Of a DNA stretch of 64,000 nucleotides, positions 45,801-53,730 are shown piece after piece (position 1 is the first letter of the stretch; each line of letters starts with the position of its first letter). The DNA is from a virus. The notes below the pieces were generated by a model. It saw only the letters and a list, made by a program, of their open reading frames with translations, ran no database searches and was not told the origin of the DNA. Made by a program: the position numbers and the translations under genes. The stretch lies in IMG/VR virus record IMGVR_UViG_3300036864_000176, positions 4,486 to 68,485 of that record, one strand, 5' to 3'.

Positions 45801-47329
45801 CGACGCTCGCCGCCAAGCAGGCGGGGATCGAATACCGGCGGCTCGAACGCCGCGCCGAGCAGACCGACACGCTGCCCGACGACATCAAAGATGCGATGGT
45901 CCGGGTCGGCGAAGAGATGCACGCCCAGATCAACGCGGCCGACGACGCGCTCGCCGATCACCGTGACGCCGGTCGGCGGCTGAAGGAGTTCAAGCGGCAG
46001 CAGCAGCTCTACGAAGAGAAGGAGATGGCGGCGACCGAAGCCGGGATGCCGAAGTCGTTCGGCGAGTACTGGGGGCGGCAAGCCAGCGGGCTGGCGCTGC
46101 TCGGGGCCGCGCTCGTCATCCGGTCGTCGCGGAATGCCGACGACACCAAGTGGTACGAGTACCGCATCAAGGGCCACACCTACGATTTCCGCGCCTACTC
46201 GCCGGTGCCCGTCCCGTTCCTGCTGCCGGCCGACGTCCTCATCGACGCCTGGCGCCACACCGATTGGGACCAGTTCCATCAGATCCGCAATGACTACTTC
46301 GCGAATCACCCGGACGCCGATCGCTGGAACCCCTACACCCAATCGGTCGCCACCGAGCAGGCGATGGAGCAGGCGTATCACGGCAAGTACACTGGTGAGT
46401 CGCTTCGCAACGAAGCCGCGGCGGCTTTCTTCTCGATGAGTCGGGCGATGGGCATCACCAGCGCGGTCATCGACTACCTCACGGGGCAGACAGGGTCGAG
46501 TGGCAGCGTCGGGCACGAAGGCATCCAGCAGCGGATCGCGGCTGCGGTCTTCACGACCATCGGCCAGTTCCTCGGCCGCTTCACGACGCCAGGACAGATT
46601 CCCAAGGACATCATCGGGCAGTTCTCGCCTGAAGAGGCCAAGGCTCGCATCCCGGAGGAATCGACACCGGAGCACCCGAACCTGACGAAGCTGCTCTACC
46701 AGCCGGCGCTCGCGCATCTCCCTGGCGCCAGCCGCTACATCCCGGAGAAGATCAGCCCGTTCACCGGCCAGCCGATCACCGGCGTCAACACCGGACTGCG
46801 GCAGCTCGTCGGGCTGACCGAGCGCGATCGCAACCGGTTCGAGGACGAGCTGAATCGCACCGGCACGTCTTACGGCACGCTCGCCCCGAGAGCGATTGGC
46901 GAGCGTGACTTCGACAATTCGGTCGCCGAGCACTACGCCGAGATCCTGCGGACGACGATCGGACCGAAGCTGCTCGACAATGCGCGCTACGCCAATCCGA
47001 AGACCGAGCCAGACGTGAAGCGCGAGCTGATTTCGAAGTACATCGGCGGCGCGAAGCTCAAAGCCTATGTCGAGGCGGGCAAGGACTGGAACCTGGATGC
47101 GCGCGAGACTCGGGGATTGACCTCACCGGCGCAGGCGGAGCGGCGGCGGCTGTTGAAGCGGTGGATCGGGTTGCTGCAGCAGCAGACCCTGGAAGACCAT
47201 CCGGAGCTGAAGAACACACCGACAGAGCCGGAGCCGGAGCCGCGGCCAGAGCCGCCACCGCAGCCGTTTGGCGTGCCGCCGCCGCAGGCGTTCAATCAGT
47301 ACGGACCGCCGCCGTCGGCCACGCTCTGA
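39854..47329 (+). CDS. Giant internal virion/polyvalent protein (2491 aa) with ART-like domain
   Basis: Long ORF ending the virion module; Pro-rich linkers; helical C-terminal half; LYR...GSWYTD...EHEY segment. Confidence 0.8.
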   Translation: MPPQQPDPGTPAAPAPPPGQPRRLLSPEEFAGIWRHAYPELSKETDDDRLLTHAIVGLYPEFGRDVVDVLGGAEMAQAPPTAAPLPGLRPPPSPISLEPYGPDVGPLETIARQTVAAQAQVPVQETYTRQREAAVNAAYQAQKQQRERRHAAGLPPKPTGITLPPAEAPPPEALSQFVTHQLGSFPTGLAGAIEGTPDFLRAIGQGPAMTEWRLPHPPTMSEPEVAHAVAKFANNSMEAGTFLIPEGLAKHPIQTVVGLFFGIGTSHILNEVGQSQGWDPRNTELVSTLGGLITGITAAWSTRVPGAVYRHFDARATEAELAKQYIAAAEGEAIAQPIRAAAAAEQASQQAIFQRASDAIREMQEERRAKTRELYTRAWLNRVRETAALQGTQPSPFTAIDAANTNLLLQHLDQFTQLSDGALTRMANYPTPYSPPPPPLELSPRGGTGRDYGPGPGGPILGAPPDYVPPQIESTTATPYRGPRVAASTEEPPAPLTPLTELLEGQLRAQPQPAPGTTGPPRPAPATAERMRGRLREQQSYLDAFEQEMLDATSQMEDMPHERGRLVWNRGTQTLDEANEVFLPPVPGAPIYHDIVGHDTANPPTRAYITAIMQAWRETRAKTGNELLTAGEIDANGDTAITRLQARLGLKTTGGARRAYDTWIPEVRRAVDKNVRRRLSDVAWLREKGGVEQPTPPPEPIPDFMREDYQFEPEKTRGEPLEPGSQGELPGTGPQPGISTPTGPPPEVPFSLRGPAVRGTPPVEEPLPLPEPPEPGQEGMIRLDLLVPFADKLDRWAEAWHAGKERRAAARQQVLDEIDRAIDQMIAAGRIREDDAPKVQETLQEVLERRAVPSVRQLEQSGRPPAAPTRQAPAPPPDYTERTLVDYQLPDGTVVKVDDSAAKGAATIDFTLQGGKIVQATRVSPVTPGIGARIRPFVKPEQQRTVTLYRWEPESGTGTGVPDWVRQSPDYQASQQAAGSWYTDTPEHLEFYKRESEGRGRVVQIQVTPEEAERLKVANNPQAPHARFSADPEHEYFVPADVRARARTATPKPTGEDLAALHERVIALDDELGHPFGDRDDFSAMLNTATEDLDAGTLQAALQDLEAVQAQRWGRGSEQQPALPGAESVRETETPTPEFEAPFSLTPPEHGTPPPSPIGQPSLFGAEPPGPVGTLPFTPKPATVPPGWQNVGGVDLPPLPESLTAAPKGPAQIRPFEKPGGEPSEAPPEPPPEPGAPPAPLKPGQPSLFDRLKGEEGRIGKDRISLIGLRDGTSVEQMTRWLKRNRAAYGDTDWFKEVEAAVDRGDGRTAFRTVLVVETLMNKEVVQTPKIIPGEQVRQPGGQYGPSQPKQILEPTTPGYKVAKKDIESILGVPLPPDFGVDTVGGTYLGDLHGRLRMPATDMLLAGSIVRPLIDATDPTKVILIPGNTDTRLRLFRQIADQIAREMPDEIVQPLMELTGIKDPIELAKHFTRRASDAGRLLQSLSAWRDANWDQVVKLTREGFGDTLDDDDVAGLSSRTPNGFLKWLYTEATPEDLKNIGFRPPPTIKFKTKEGDAWAKRWFRSNLDRQARTKGLQETIDNLTKEMSWLNIDRLMLQGSLDASRGGRKRDAIDITEDTSRAFAISQLSTANRNFDTQGIAYNVAGLDDLLGAAASGLFGVMKKAVGMESAAPNLADAKRLITHARELAKAAWPGFAGGSSGRVGVRSMLRHPLTDTMQVVYDLHREQLKGMSSSDVRKVLAVVDEFPRHAAALLGATSFEEAGGAGGEAGGAIGVPQTKLERYAALAHKARNFVTTPTRIQEAMYRGMAASASFRSQLREKGLDPAAVLAGDDTGDPFPGLVERFGQQEVERMAGIAVSSALNATFAAKPYPGTIPDALMRIFSAEGIGPVLRTGYPFPRFNLVNAPRWFYDHSLAGLFDAPLYALNVAGRAIGVPGSAPFKGRLYRGIEAGLIHDQIPKITQQINGAQYDLAVTTQEYTAATLAAKQAGIEYRRLERRAEQTDTLPDDIKDAMVRVGEEMHAQINAADDALADHRDAGRRLKEFKRQQQLYEEKEMAATEAGMPKSFGEYWGRQASGLALLGAALVIRSSRNADDTKWYEYRIKGHTYDFRAYSPVPVPFLLPADVLIDAWRHTDWDQFHQIRNDYFANHPDADRWNPYTQSVATEQAMEQAYHGKYTGESLRNEAAAAFFSMSRAMGITSAVIDYLTGQTGSSGSVGHEGIQQRIAAAVFTTIGQFLGRFTTPGQIPKDIIGQFSPEEAKARIPEESTPEHPNLTKLLYQPALAHLPGASRYIPEKISPFTGQPITGVNTGLRQLVGLTERDRNRFEDELNRTGTSYGTLAPRAIGERDFDNSVAEHYAEILRTTIGPKLLDNARYANPKTEPDVKRELISKYIGGAKLKAYVEAGKDWNLDARETRGLTSPAQAERRRLLKRWIGLLQQQTLEDHPELKNTPTEPEPEPRPEPPPQPFGVPPPQAFNQYGPPPSATL

Positions 47330-47844
47330 ACGTAGGCGAGTATCAAGATCGTTCGTTGAATTCTTCTATAGTACCGCGCCAAATCATGGCGTGCTCCGCA
47401 TAGACGACAAGACGTGGCTCGTCCACATGGCCCACGACGCGCGGGAGGAAAGGCCGTGTGCGGCTTCACGGCTTTGCAGCAGCTACAGATTCGCTCCTCG
47501 TTTGGGTTACCGCCAGCCGCCCGAATTCGCATTCGCCAGTGCAGAAGGCGGTGGTACGCCTGATCCTGGCAGATCACCAAGTTTCGATTTCGATTGTCGA
47601 GTGAGTTTCGGTTGTGGTGATGAACGACAGCCTTCGGCGGCAGCTTGTGACCGAGTGCCTGTTCAGCAATGAGAACGTGAAGCTGTTGATTGTCGCGTTT
47701 GGAGTAACCAGCGTGGCGGATGTTCAGTTTGGCTCTGTGGCCTTTGATGAACCGAACGCACGATGAAGATGGGCGACGCGGTGCGGACACCAAACGACCA
47801 CAGCCACATTCGCAGTACTTACCGCTAGAATTGACGTCAGCCAT
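47296..47844 (-). CDS. HNH homing endonuclease
   Basis: CECGCG..RFIKGH; LHVLIAEQALG..VVHH.N....DNR..NLVIC..QAYH. Confidence 0.9.
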   Translation of the reverse strand: MADVNSSGKYCECGCGRLVSAPRRPSSSCVRFIKGHRAKLNIRHAGYSKRDNQQLHVLIAEQALGHKLPPKAVVHHHNRNSLDNRNRNLVICQDQAYHRLLHWRMRIRAAGGNPNEERICSCCKAVKPHTAFPPARRGPCGRATSCRLCGARHDLARYYRRIQRTILILAYVQSVADGGGPY

Positions 47845-47921
47845 CGCCGCGAACCTCGCACTTCGCAGGAGTTGGTGAGAAGCCGATCGACGTTGACGCG
47901 CCGATCGGCTTCGTTAGTCTA
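47842..47921 (-). promoter_or_regulatory. HNH leader D (c4-a1b1-like architecture)
   Basis: TAGACT; GAAGCCGATCG/CGATCGGCTTC stem with GCGTCAAC loop; CTCACCA; second hairpin over GAGG/ATG. Confidence 0.65.
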
Positions 47922-47923
47922 GA

Positions 47924-48622
47924 TCACTTCACAGTCCCCAACGAGAGGATCTTCAGGATCAGCGGAGCGGCTGATCGCTTCGCGCCAGCCACGACTTCGT
48001 TGAGCCGGGTCTCGACGTGACTGACCTCACTACTGAGTTTCTCGGTGTCGGCGGCCTGCTGCTGCCGGAGCTGTTCGACGGCGTACAGCAGCCGATCGAC
48101 TTTGGCGTCGATGGTGGCGAGGCTGTCGGCAGGATCAGGCGGCGGTGACGGCGGATCGGCCGGAGGCGGTGTCGGTGTCGGCGGTGCCGGATTGAGATTG
48201 ATCGGCGGCCGCCACCGCGCCGGATCGACCGGCGACAGCGTCATCCAATGCGGCGAGTTCGGCCCCTCGGGCCCGGCGCCGAGAATGTCCACGATCACGC
48301 CGTTCCGGTAGGCCACGATGTCGGTGGCGTAGCCACGACAGTTTGCGCCGGTCGGCTTGTCCAGGAGTCCAGCCTGTTCACTCGCCAGCAGCTGCACGAC
48401 CCGCATCGTCACCTCGAATCGGGAGCAGTCATCGTGATCGACGGCCACGCCCGCTGCGATCGCGGCCGCCTTGGCTTGCCGCACCACGTCGGTGTGATCG
48501 ATCGTCTGGCTGGTCGCCGGAGTGGCCCAGAGCAGACCGAGCAGCACCAGCATCGCCGCCATGAGAGCGAGTGCAACATAGTCGCCGGGATGATTGCCGA
48601 GATGTGGGCGGGGTTTGGTCAC
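47924..48622 (-). CDS. Secreted protein: signal/TM, globular domain, Pro linker, coiled coil
   Basis: LALMAAMLVLLGLLWATPATS/Q; AGLLDKPTGANCRGYATDIVAY..VDIL. Confidence 0.75.
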   Translation of the reverse strand: MTKPRPHLGNHPGDYVALALMAAMLVLLGLLWATPATSQTIDHTDVVRQAKAAAIAAGVAVDHDDCSRFEVTMRVVQLLASEQAGLLDKPTGANCRGYATDIVAYRNGVIVDILGAGPEGPNSPHWMTLSPVDPARWRPPINLNPAPPTPTPPPADPPSPPPDPADSLATIDAKVDRLLYAVEQLRQQQAADTEKLSSEVSHVETRLNEVVAGAKRSAAPLILKILSLGTVK

Positions 48623-48632
48623 AATGAAAACC

Positions 48633-51600
48633 TCACCCTAGTTGTACCGCCAGATCGTCGATGTCGTCGCGCTCATCGATCTCATCCGGCATATAGAAGG
48701 GCTCATGCTGCGTTGGAGGCTGAGCAGGCGTCATCGGCGGGATCGCGTAGTCGGTCATCGCGCCCCACGTCTTGCCGACTTTGACAGCGACGTCAACACG
48801 CAGGTACGGGCCAATGTTCAATTCAGGTGGACACGGCTGCCGCAACTCCTCACGCCGCATGACCTCGACTACCGTTTCGATCACTCGATCGCACACCTGA
48901 TTGGGAACTTCCAGTAACAGGCTGTCGTGAATCGGCGCACGAAACGGGGTCTTGCCGTAGTACACGTCTCCGATCCAGCTTTCTGAGTCCGGGTGGAAGA
49001 GATCGAGCTGCGCCTCCTTCAACCGACCAGCAGCGATCGATTGCGGGTAAAAGGCAATCGCCCGTTTCGCATCTTCGCCGAGCTGTAATCGGTACAGCCG
49101 TCCACCCGAGAGTACGATGCCTTTCGGCCGCCCGTGCTCGTCAAGCTGGCCGCGCTTCGTGGCCCATAAAACACTCTTCCGGTACTCCATCTGGTTCAAC
49201 GGCTTCAGCGAGAGAATCGACCAGAACCAGTGTCGAGCCGAAAAAACGTGGTACTTCCCGCTCTGCGTCAACTGGTAGTAGTCATCGACCCACGGACCAC
49301 CGAGATAGCCGTGCTCATGGGCCAGATCGCGCACGCGCTGATGGAACGCCTTTAGCTTCGGCGCAACGCCGTAGTAGAGATCCTGCACCTGCTGCGCGTC
49401 TTTGAGCGTCGGATACACGTCGGGGAACGTCTCGACCATGCCATAGGTCGACATCCCGTACGCGTTCGCGTGCACACACCGTTTGGCGACGTTGTAGGCC
49501 GCCGGTTCGTGCTGCTTGATCTCTTTGAAGTAGGCTGCGAGATCCGCATCGGACCACGACAGTGAGGCTGGTCGGTTCAGCAGGTGACTCGCGAGAAACG
49601 CATGGATCCCGAGATAGGCCAGCCGCACATAGTCACCGTCGCCCATCATCCAGCCCGTCTCGACCGCCTCGATACCAACGTAGTCGGCTTCGATCAACAT
49701 GCAGCCAGGACTGGCTTCGATGCAGTCACGGAAGCCAGAGGCCAGTGAGTGTGGCCCACCACGATCGTGGTACACGTTCTGGATGTTCGGGTTCACCGAT
49801 GAGTCGCGGAGGGTCGAAGGCCGAAACGTGATGAAGGGATGGAGACGTTCGTCAGCCCAGATGCGCTTCTGCGTGCCGACGACATAGGTCGAGTCGATTT
49901 TTTTAATCGCTTTGTACTCGAGTAACTGCTGATAGATCGGGTTCTTCGTCTTCTTCAGTAGCCGCTGCAGTGTTTCCTTATTGCCGGTCGGCCGCTTGCT
50001 CTTCTTCGCCAGACCGGGCTGCTCACCACTGTCCTGGATCAGTCGGAGAATCTGCTGGCTCGCATCGGGGTTGAAGGGCAATTTCCAAAACCAGCGGGGC
50101 TCTCGTCGCTGCTCTAGCACGACCTCCGGCTTCGGTGGGAGACCGTCCGTGAACAGCGACGGCTCGATCAGATACTTCGGGCAGCGGTGGCGCGGACCGA
50201 CATTCTCTTTTTTCCCGCACGTCCGACACACCCGGACGGTGCTCACGACGTCGCGTGCGACCAGCTCAATCCGCTCGGTGAGATACGCGGTCTTTGCCGA
50301 GTCACCGTTCTTGCCGAACAACCCGGCCGGAGGACCGCCTTCTGGTTTCTCACGATACCCGTCCTTCGGCTTCAGCGTGCCGAGCGCCGTCGAGTCTCCG
50401 AGCTGCGCCAGGCGTGTCGTCGCTTCTGCCTGCAGACGCTGGTGAAAGGCATTCAGCCGCTCGGTGTTGACGCGCAGTCCGACCTCATGCGCCGGTCGCA
50501 GCACGATCTTCTCCCGCTCGTGCGTATGCCGGTAGAACGCCTCCCAGAGTCCGGCCTGCAGCAGATCTTTCACGACACCGTGACCACAGCGGAGAGTGTG
50601 GACGCCGTCGAGGGCGGCGTACTCAGCCTCACGGCCTTTCACCTTGGCCAAGTGCTTCCATGCCGCACAGACCGAGTAGAGCGGCGCCACGAAACCGAGA
50701 CCCAACGGCAAGTCACTCTGCAGATGATGAAAAGCCCAGGCGACGTCCCAGATGTCGGTTCCGATGACCTTGTGCCCCGCCAAGCGGAGCCGTGGTTCGT
50801 CGTAACTTTTAAACCAACACAACACCGTCCCGGCTGCTGCCAGCAGGTCGTCGATGATCTTGCGGTACGGCTCCTCGTACGGGACGGTGACACCCTCATC
50901 GGAACGGTAGGCAAAATTCACGCGCAGGATCTGCGTCGAGGTGTCGGACGGTGTCAACTCTCCTTCGTCGCGACCGACTTTATCGGCGGTCTCAATATCG
51001 ACGGCTAACCAGACCGCATCCGGGTTTCGTTGGAGCTCCTGCAAGTACGTTGACGCCCAGAACTGGAAGGCGAGCGGGCTCGGATCGAGGTGGAGCGTCG
51101 GCGGCACGGGAAGCTGCCAGCCAATCTCGGCAGCCTGCTTCGCCCGCGTGAGATCAAATCGAACGACGTCCGTGAGGTTCGCCGCGCCGCGCTGTATATG
51201 GGAGGGATGGTACGTCGGCACAATCAGGCGGCCTGCGGCCGGACCGTACTCGATGCGCTGCACGGTGCCATGAAAGTTCTGCAGATTGATTCCGTCCGCA
51301 CCCCAGAGATCCAAGACCTGCCGCAGCGCGACCGCGCCCAACGTCACGATCACCCGATGCGGCTCCTGCAGCAGCGGGTCTCGATACTGCCCACACTGAC
51401 TGATCGCCGAGTGCTGCCAGGGCGCCCCGTCGAGCCAATCACCGGGTGGCTCACAAGAGACGACGTTGCCAATGCGGATTGTCTCGCGGGAGAGGCCAGA
51501 CCGCGTGCAGAGGCGCGACAACATACTGCCGGCCGGACCAGAGAACGGAGCACCAGTCAGGACTTCGACGTGACCAGCCGCTTCTCCGATCAGCAGAATG

Positions 51601-51701
51601 GGCGACGTTGGTGGACCGGAGGGTGGGACGAAGCCCCAACCTCTCAGTTCAAGTGTGCAGCCCGAACAACCAGCGGGTTTCCGTCGGCTAGGTAAAGGCA
51701 C
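48633..51701 (-). CDS. polA: Family A DNA polymerase with N-terminal family-4 uracil-DNA glycosylase domain and 3'-5' exonuclease
   Basis: GEAAG..NVVSCEPP..TYHPS (UDG); AVDIET (exo); EADYVGIE, AKRCVHANAYG, IHDSL (motifs A/B/C); start set at GTG 51701. Confidence 0.93.
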   Translation of the reverse strand: MPLPSRRKPAGCSGCTLELRGWGFVPPSGPPTSPILLIGEAAGHVEVLTGAPFSGPAGSMLSRLCTRSGLSRETIRIGNVVSCEPPGDWLDGAPWQHSAISQCGQYRDPLLQEPHRVIVTLGAVALRQVLDLWGADGINLQNFHGTVQRIEYGPAAGRLIVPTYHPSHIQRGAANLTDVVRFDLTRAKQAAEIGWQLPVPPTLHLDPSPLAFQFWASTYLQELQRNPDAVWLAVDIETADKVGRDEGELTPSDTSTQILRVNFAYRSDEGVTVPYEEPYRKIIDDLLAAAGTVLCWFKSYDEPRLRLAGHKVIGTDIWDVAWAFHHLQSDLPLGLGFVAPLYSVCAAWKHLAKVKGREAEYAALDGVHTLRCGHGVVKDLLQAGLWEAFYRHTHEREKIVLRPAHEVGLRVNTERLNAFHQRLQAEATTRLAQLGDSTALGTLKPKDGYREKPEGGPPAGLFGKNGDSAKTAYLTERIELVARDVVSTVRVCRTCGKKENVGPRHRCPKYLIEPSLFTDGLPPKPEVVLEQRREPRWFWKLPFNPDASQQILRLIQDSGEQPGLAKKSKRPTGNKETLQRLLKKTKNPIYQQLLEYKAIKKIDSTYVVGTQKRIWADERLHPFITFRPSTLRDSSVNPNIQNVYHDRGGPHSLASGFRDCIEASPGCMLIEADYVGIEAVETGWMMGDGDYVRLAYLGIHAFLASHLLNRPASLSWSDADLAAYFKEIKQHEPAAYNVAKRCVHANAYGMSTYGMVETFPDVYPTLKDAQQVQDLYYGVAPKLKAFHQRVRDLAHEHGYLGGPWVDDYYQLTQSGKYHVFSARHWFWSILSLKPLNQMEYRKSVLWATKRGQLDEHGRPKGIVLSGGRLYRLQLGEDAKRAIAFYPQSIAAGRLKEAQLDLFHPDSESWIGDVYYGKTPFRAPIHDSLLLEVPNQVCDRVIETVVEVMRREELRQPCPPELNIGPYLRVDVAVKVGKTWGAMTDYAIPPMTPAQPPTQHEPFYMPDEIDERDDIDDLAVQLG

Positions 51702-52296
51702 GAACGATGTTCTCGTGCTTGAGACGCCAGCGTGCGAGCGCGTACGACTGCATCTGACAGGAGGGCGAGCAGGTTTTCGTCTTCGGGTAGTTGACGGGGA
51801 CGGTGTACTCCCCTCCACAAACTGTGCAGGTCCGCGTCTGCCTCGCGGCGCCGGCGTAATGCGTCCGGGTCAGCTCCCGACTGCGACAGGCAGCACAGAC
51901 ACCACGACTTTGGTGGGGATCGTCCCTTCCGCAAATGCGGCAAAGCTGTCGATGCAGACGATGCAAGCTCGTATGCCGATCCCGAGGAACGATCTCCAGA
52001 TTCGCCAGATCGTTGTTGAGTTTGTTTCCGTCCTTGTGATGAACGCACTCATCGACAGCAAGTAGGCGCCCGATCTGCTGCTCAACGATGTACCGATGCT
52101 CCAGCACATCTCGCCCGTTCACACGTCGCCAGCGGTACTCCTTGTTGATCCAGGATTGTGTATCTGTGTGAGCGCCAAACGGGCGATCGAACGGCACCCC
52201 ATCGTATTGCCGCTGCCAGTGAAAACGACAGAAGCCCTTCGCCCAATGCCTGCGACCGCACTCAGAAACACTACAGATCCGGTCAGCCATTTTCAT
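51688..52296 (-). CDS. HNH homing endonuclease with Cys-rich arms
   Basis: CSVSEC...CRFHWQR; EHRYIVEQQIGR.L...ECVHHKDGNKLNNDLANLE. Confidence 0.92.
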   Translation of the reverse strand: MKMADRICSVSECGRRHWAKGFCRFHWQRQYDGVPFDRPFGAHTDTQSWINKEYRWRRVNGRDVLEHRYIVEQQIGRLLAVDECVHHKDGNKLNNDLANLEIVPRDRHTSLHRLHRQLCRICGRDDPHQSRGVCAACRSRELTRTHYAGAARQTRTCTVCGGEYTVPVNYPKTKTCSPSCQMQSYALARWRLKHENIVRAFT

Positions 52297-52300
52297 CTCC

Positions 52301-52531
52301 CTAGCGATCGATCACCTGTCCTCTAAATTCTGGTGCGGGTTGATCACAATTCCAGGCGATCGTGCCGCTCGCGCTACAGCCCGGGCAGCGCCAGTCGAAC
52401 TCCCACGGCGACGGCGTGCGGGTGATGAACGTGGAGCTGCCGCAGTCGCAGTGACCTTTGGCCTGCTGCACGGCGGCCTTCGCCTGCCGCTGATTAGTGA
52501 TGCCGGTCGTGTTTTCCGCTTCGGATGTCAT
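52301..52531 (-). CDS. Small zinc-ribbon protein
   Basis: CDCG...CPGC. Confidence 0.55.
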   Translation of the reverse strand: MTSEAENTTGITNQRQAKAAVQQAKGHCDCGSSTFITRTPSPWEFDWRCPGCSASGTIAWNCDQPAPEFRGQVIDR

Positions 52532-52637
52532 ACATCGTCCGCCGATTGATGCGGCCGAGCCGCGCGAGATCGCGGCGAGCCTTGACGTCCGCGCGCCAAG
52601 TGCGCCAGCGGCGCCACCAGCGGACGAGGAAATTCAT
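52494..52637 (-). CDS. Small Trp/Arg-rich peptide (DUF1127-like N-terminus)
   Basis: Read by hand: MNFLVRWWRRWRTWRADVKARRDLARLG... Confidence 0.4.
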   Translation of the reverse strand: MNFLVRWWRRWRTWRADVKARRDLARLGRINRRTMYDIRSGKHDRHH

Positions 52638-52679
52638 CACTCAATTATCGCTGCAGCTCGCCGCGCACGGGCATTCACT

Positions 52680-52916
52680 TCAATCCGGCAGTTTGCCGCC
52701 GCCATGCGCTTTGCGCCAGACATCCATGGCCTCGGCGAGCTGCAGCGCCTCGTTGATCTTGGCCGCATTCACGCCACGGTACGCGGCCCGCTCAGCCCAA
52801 TCACGGACGATCGCCGAGGCGATCTGGTCACGCGCACAGAGCACGAAGAGTGGCTCGTCATCTTGACTATGGGAGAAACAGCTCCCTGGGTTTGAAAGTT
52901 CTTCGGCTTTCGTCAT
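52680..52916 (-). CDS. Conserved small phage protein (DEPLFVL.ARD family)
   Basis: SC....DDEPLFVLCARD..A...VR.WA...KI.EA...A.AM..WR. Confidence 0.75.
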   Translation of the reverse strand: MTKAEELSNPGSCFSHSQDDEPLFVLCARDQIASAIVRDWAERAAYRGVNAAKINEALQLAEAMDVWRKAHGGGKLPD

Positions 52917-53200
52917 CACCAATCCTCGTCTGGCACCCGGCGCTGCACGTCGATGATCGTGCCGCGCAGCTCGGCGTAGCAGTACATCTTCGGCACGGTC
53001 TGGTAGTCGCCTTCGAACAGCGGCCGCAACTCCTTGATCATCGGCCCCTGGTAGAAGATCGCCTGGTCCTGGCTGTAGATCAGCACTTCGGTGTCGGCCG
53101 GCGGGTTGAGGTTGCGCTGGACCTTGACGATGCCGCGCCAGACCAGGCGGCCATGAATCGGACCGGAGCCGTTTCGGCGGGCTGCGATTTCAGGCATCAC
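52916..53200 (-). CDS. Small beta-barrel hypothetical protein
   Basis: IVKVQR.L...LIY...K.Y.YA...QRRVPDEDW. Confidence 0.65.
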   Translation of the reverse strand: MMPEIAARRNGSGPIHGRLVWRGIVKVQRNLNPPADTEVLIYSQDQAIFYQGPMIKELRPLFEGDYQTVPKMYCYAELRGTIIDVQRRVPDEDW

Positions 53201-53730
53201 TTTGTCCGTGCTGCGCGCTGTGCGGCGCGTCGTCGCCGTAGATACTTAAGTGCCCGCGCCGCGCCAGCGACTGGATCAGCCTGATATTTCTTTCTCGCCC
53301 ACTCCCGACCTTGATCACGGGCGCACACGCGACAGAAGCGCCAGCCCTTCGACTTTCCTTTCCACTCGGGCATCGGATCGAGCGGATGACCGCGTTTACA
53401 GGTGTCCTTCCGCGCATTCTGAGCAGGGACGCTCACCCCACGCAGCGCGTTGATCTTGTGCGTCACCGGCTCCAGATGTTTCGGATTACAGCAAGCGGGC
53501 GTCCGGCAGAGGTGATCGAGCTCCAGCCCCTCGGGCACCGGCCCGTTGATCGCTTCCCAGAGCAGGACGTGGACGTACTGGGCGCGGCCGTCCAATCGAA
53601 ACGAGCCGTAGCCGCCGCTGAAGTGGCCACCGTTCCAGATCCAGCAACCACGTTCGTTGAGCGACAACTTGCCGAGATCGACGAATCGCATCGCGTCGAC
53701 CGATGAGCGGAGCACGCGCTCTACGCCCAT
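53197..53730 (-). CDS. HNH homing endonuclease
   Basis: GCWIW..GYG..GPVPEGLELDHLCR..CCNPKHLEPVT; TCKRGH..CRVC. Confidence 0.93.
   Translation of the reverse strand: MGVERVLRSSVDAMRFVDLGKLSLNERGCWIWNGGHFSGGYGSFRLDGRAQYVHVLLWEAINGPVPEGLELDHLCRTPACCNPKHLEPVTHKINALRGVSVPAQNARKDTCKRGHPLDPMPEWKGKSKGWRFCRVCARDQGREWARKKYQADPVAGAARALKYLRRRRAAQRAARTK

Noticed and set aside
8865-46933. Long antisense ORFs (e.g. 8865-10481, 26251-28023, 38059-39951, 45053-46933)
   Set aside because: Shadow frames of real genes, expected at high GC; no recognisable motifs
51702-51818. Longer polymerase N-terminus in the ORF track
   Set aside because: Lies inside the HNH gene; the UDG domain begins right after GTG 51701
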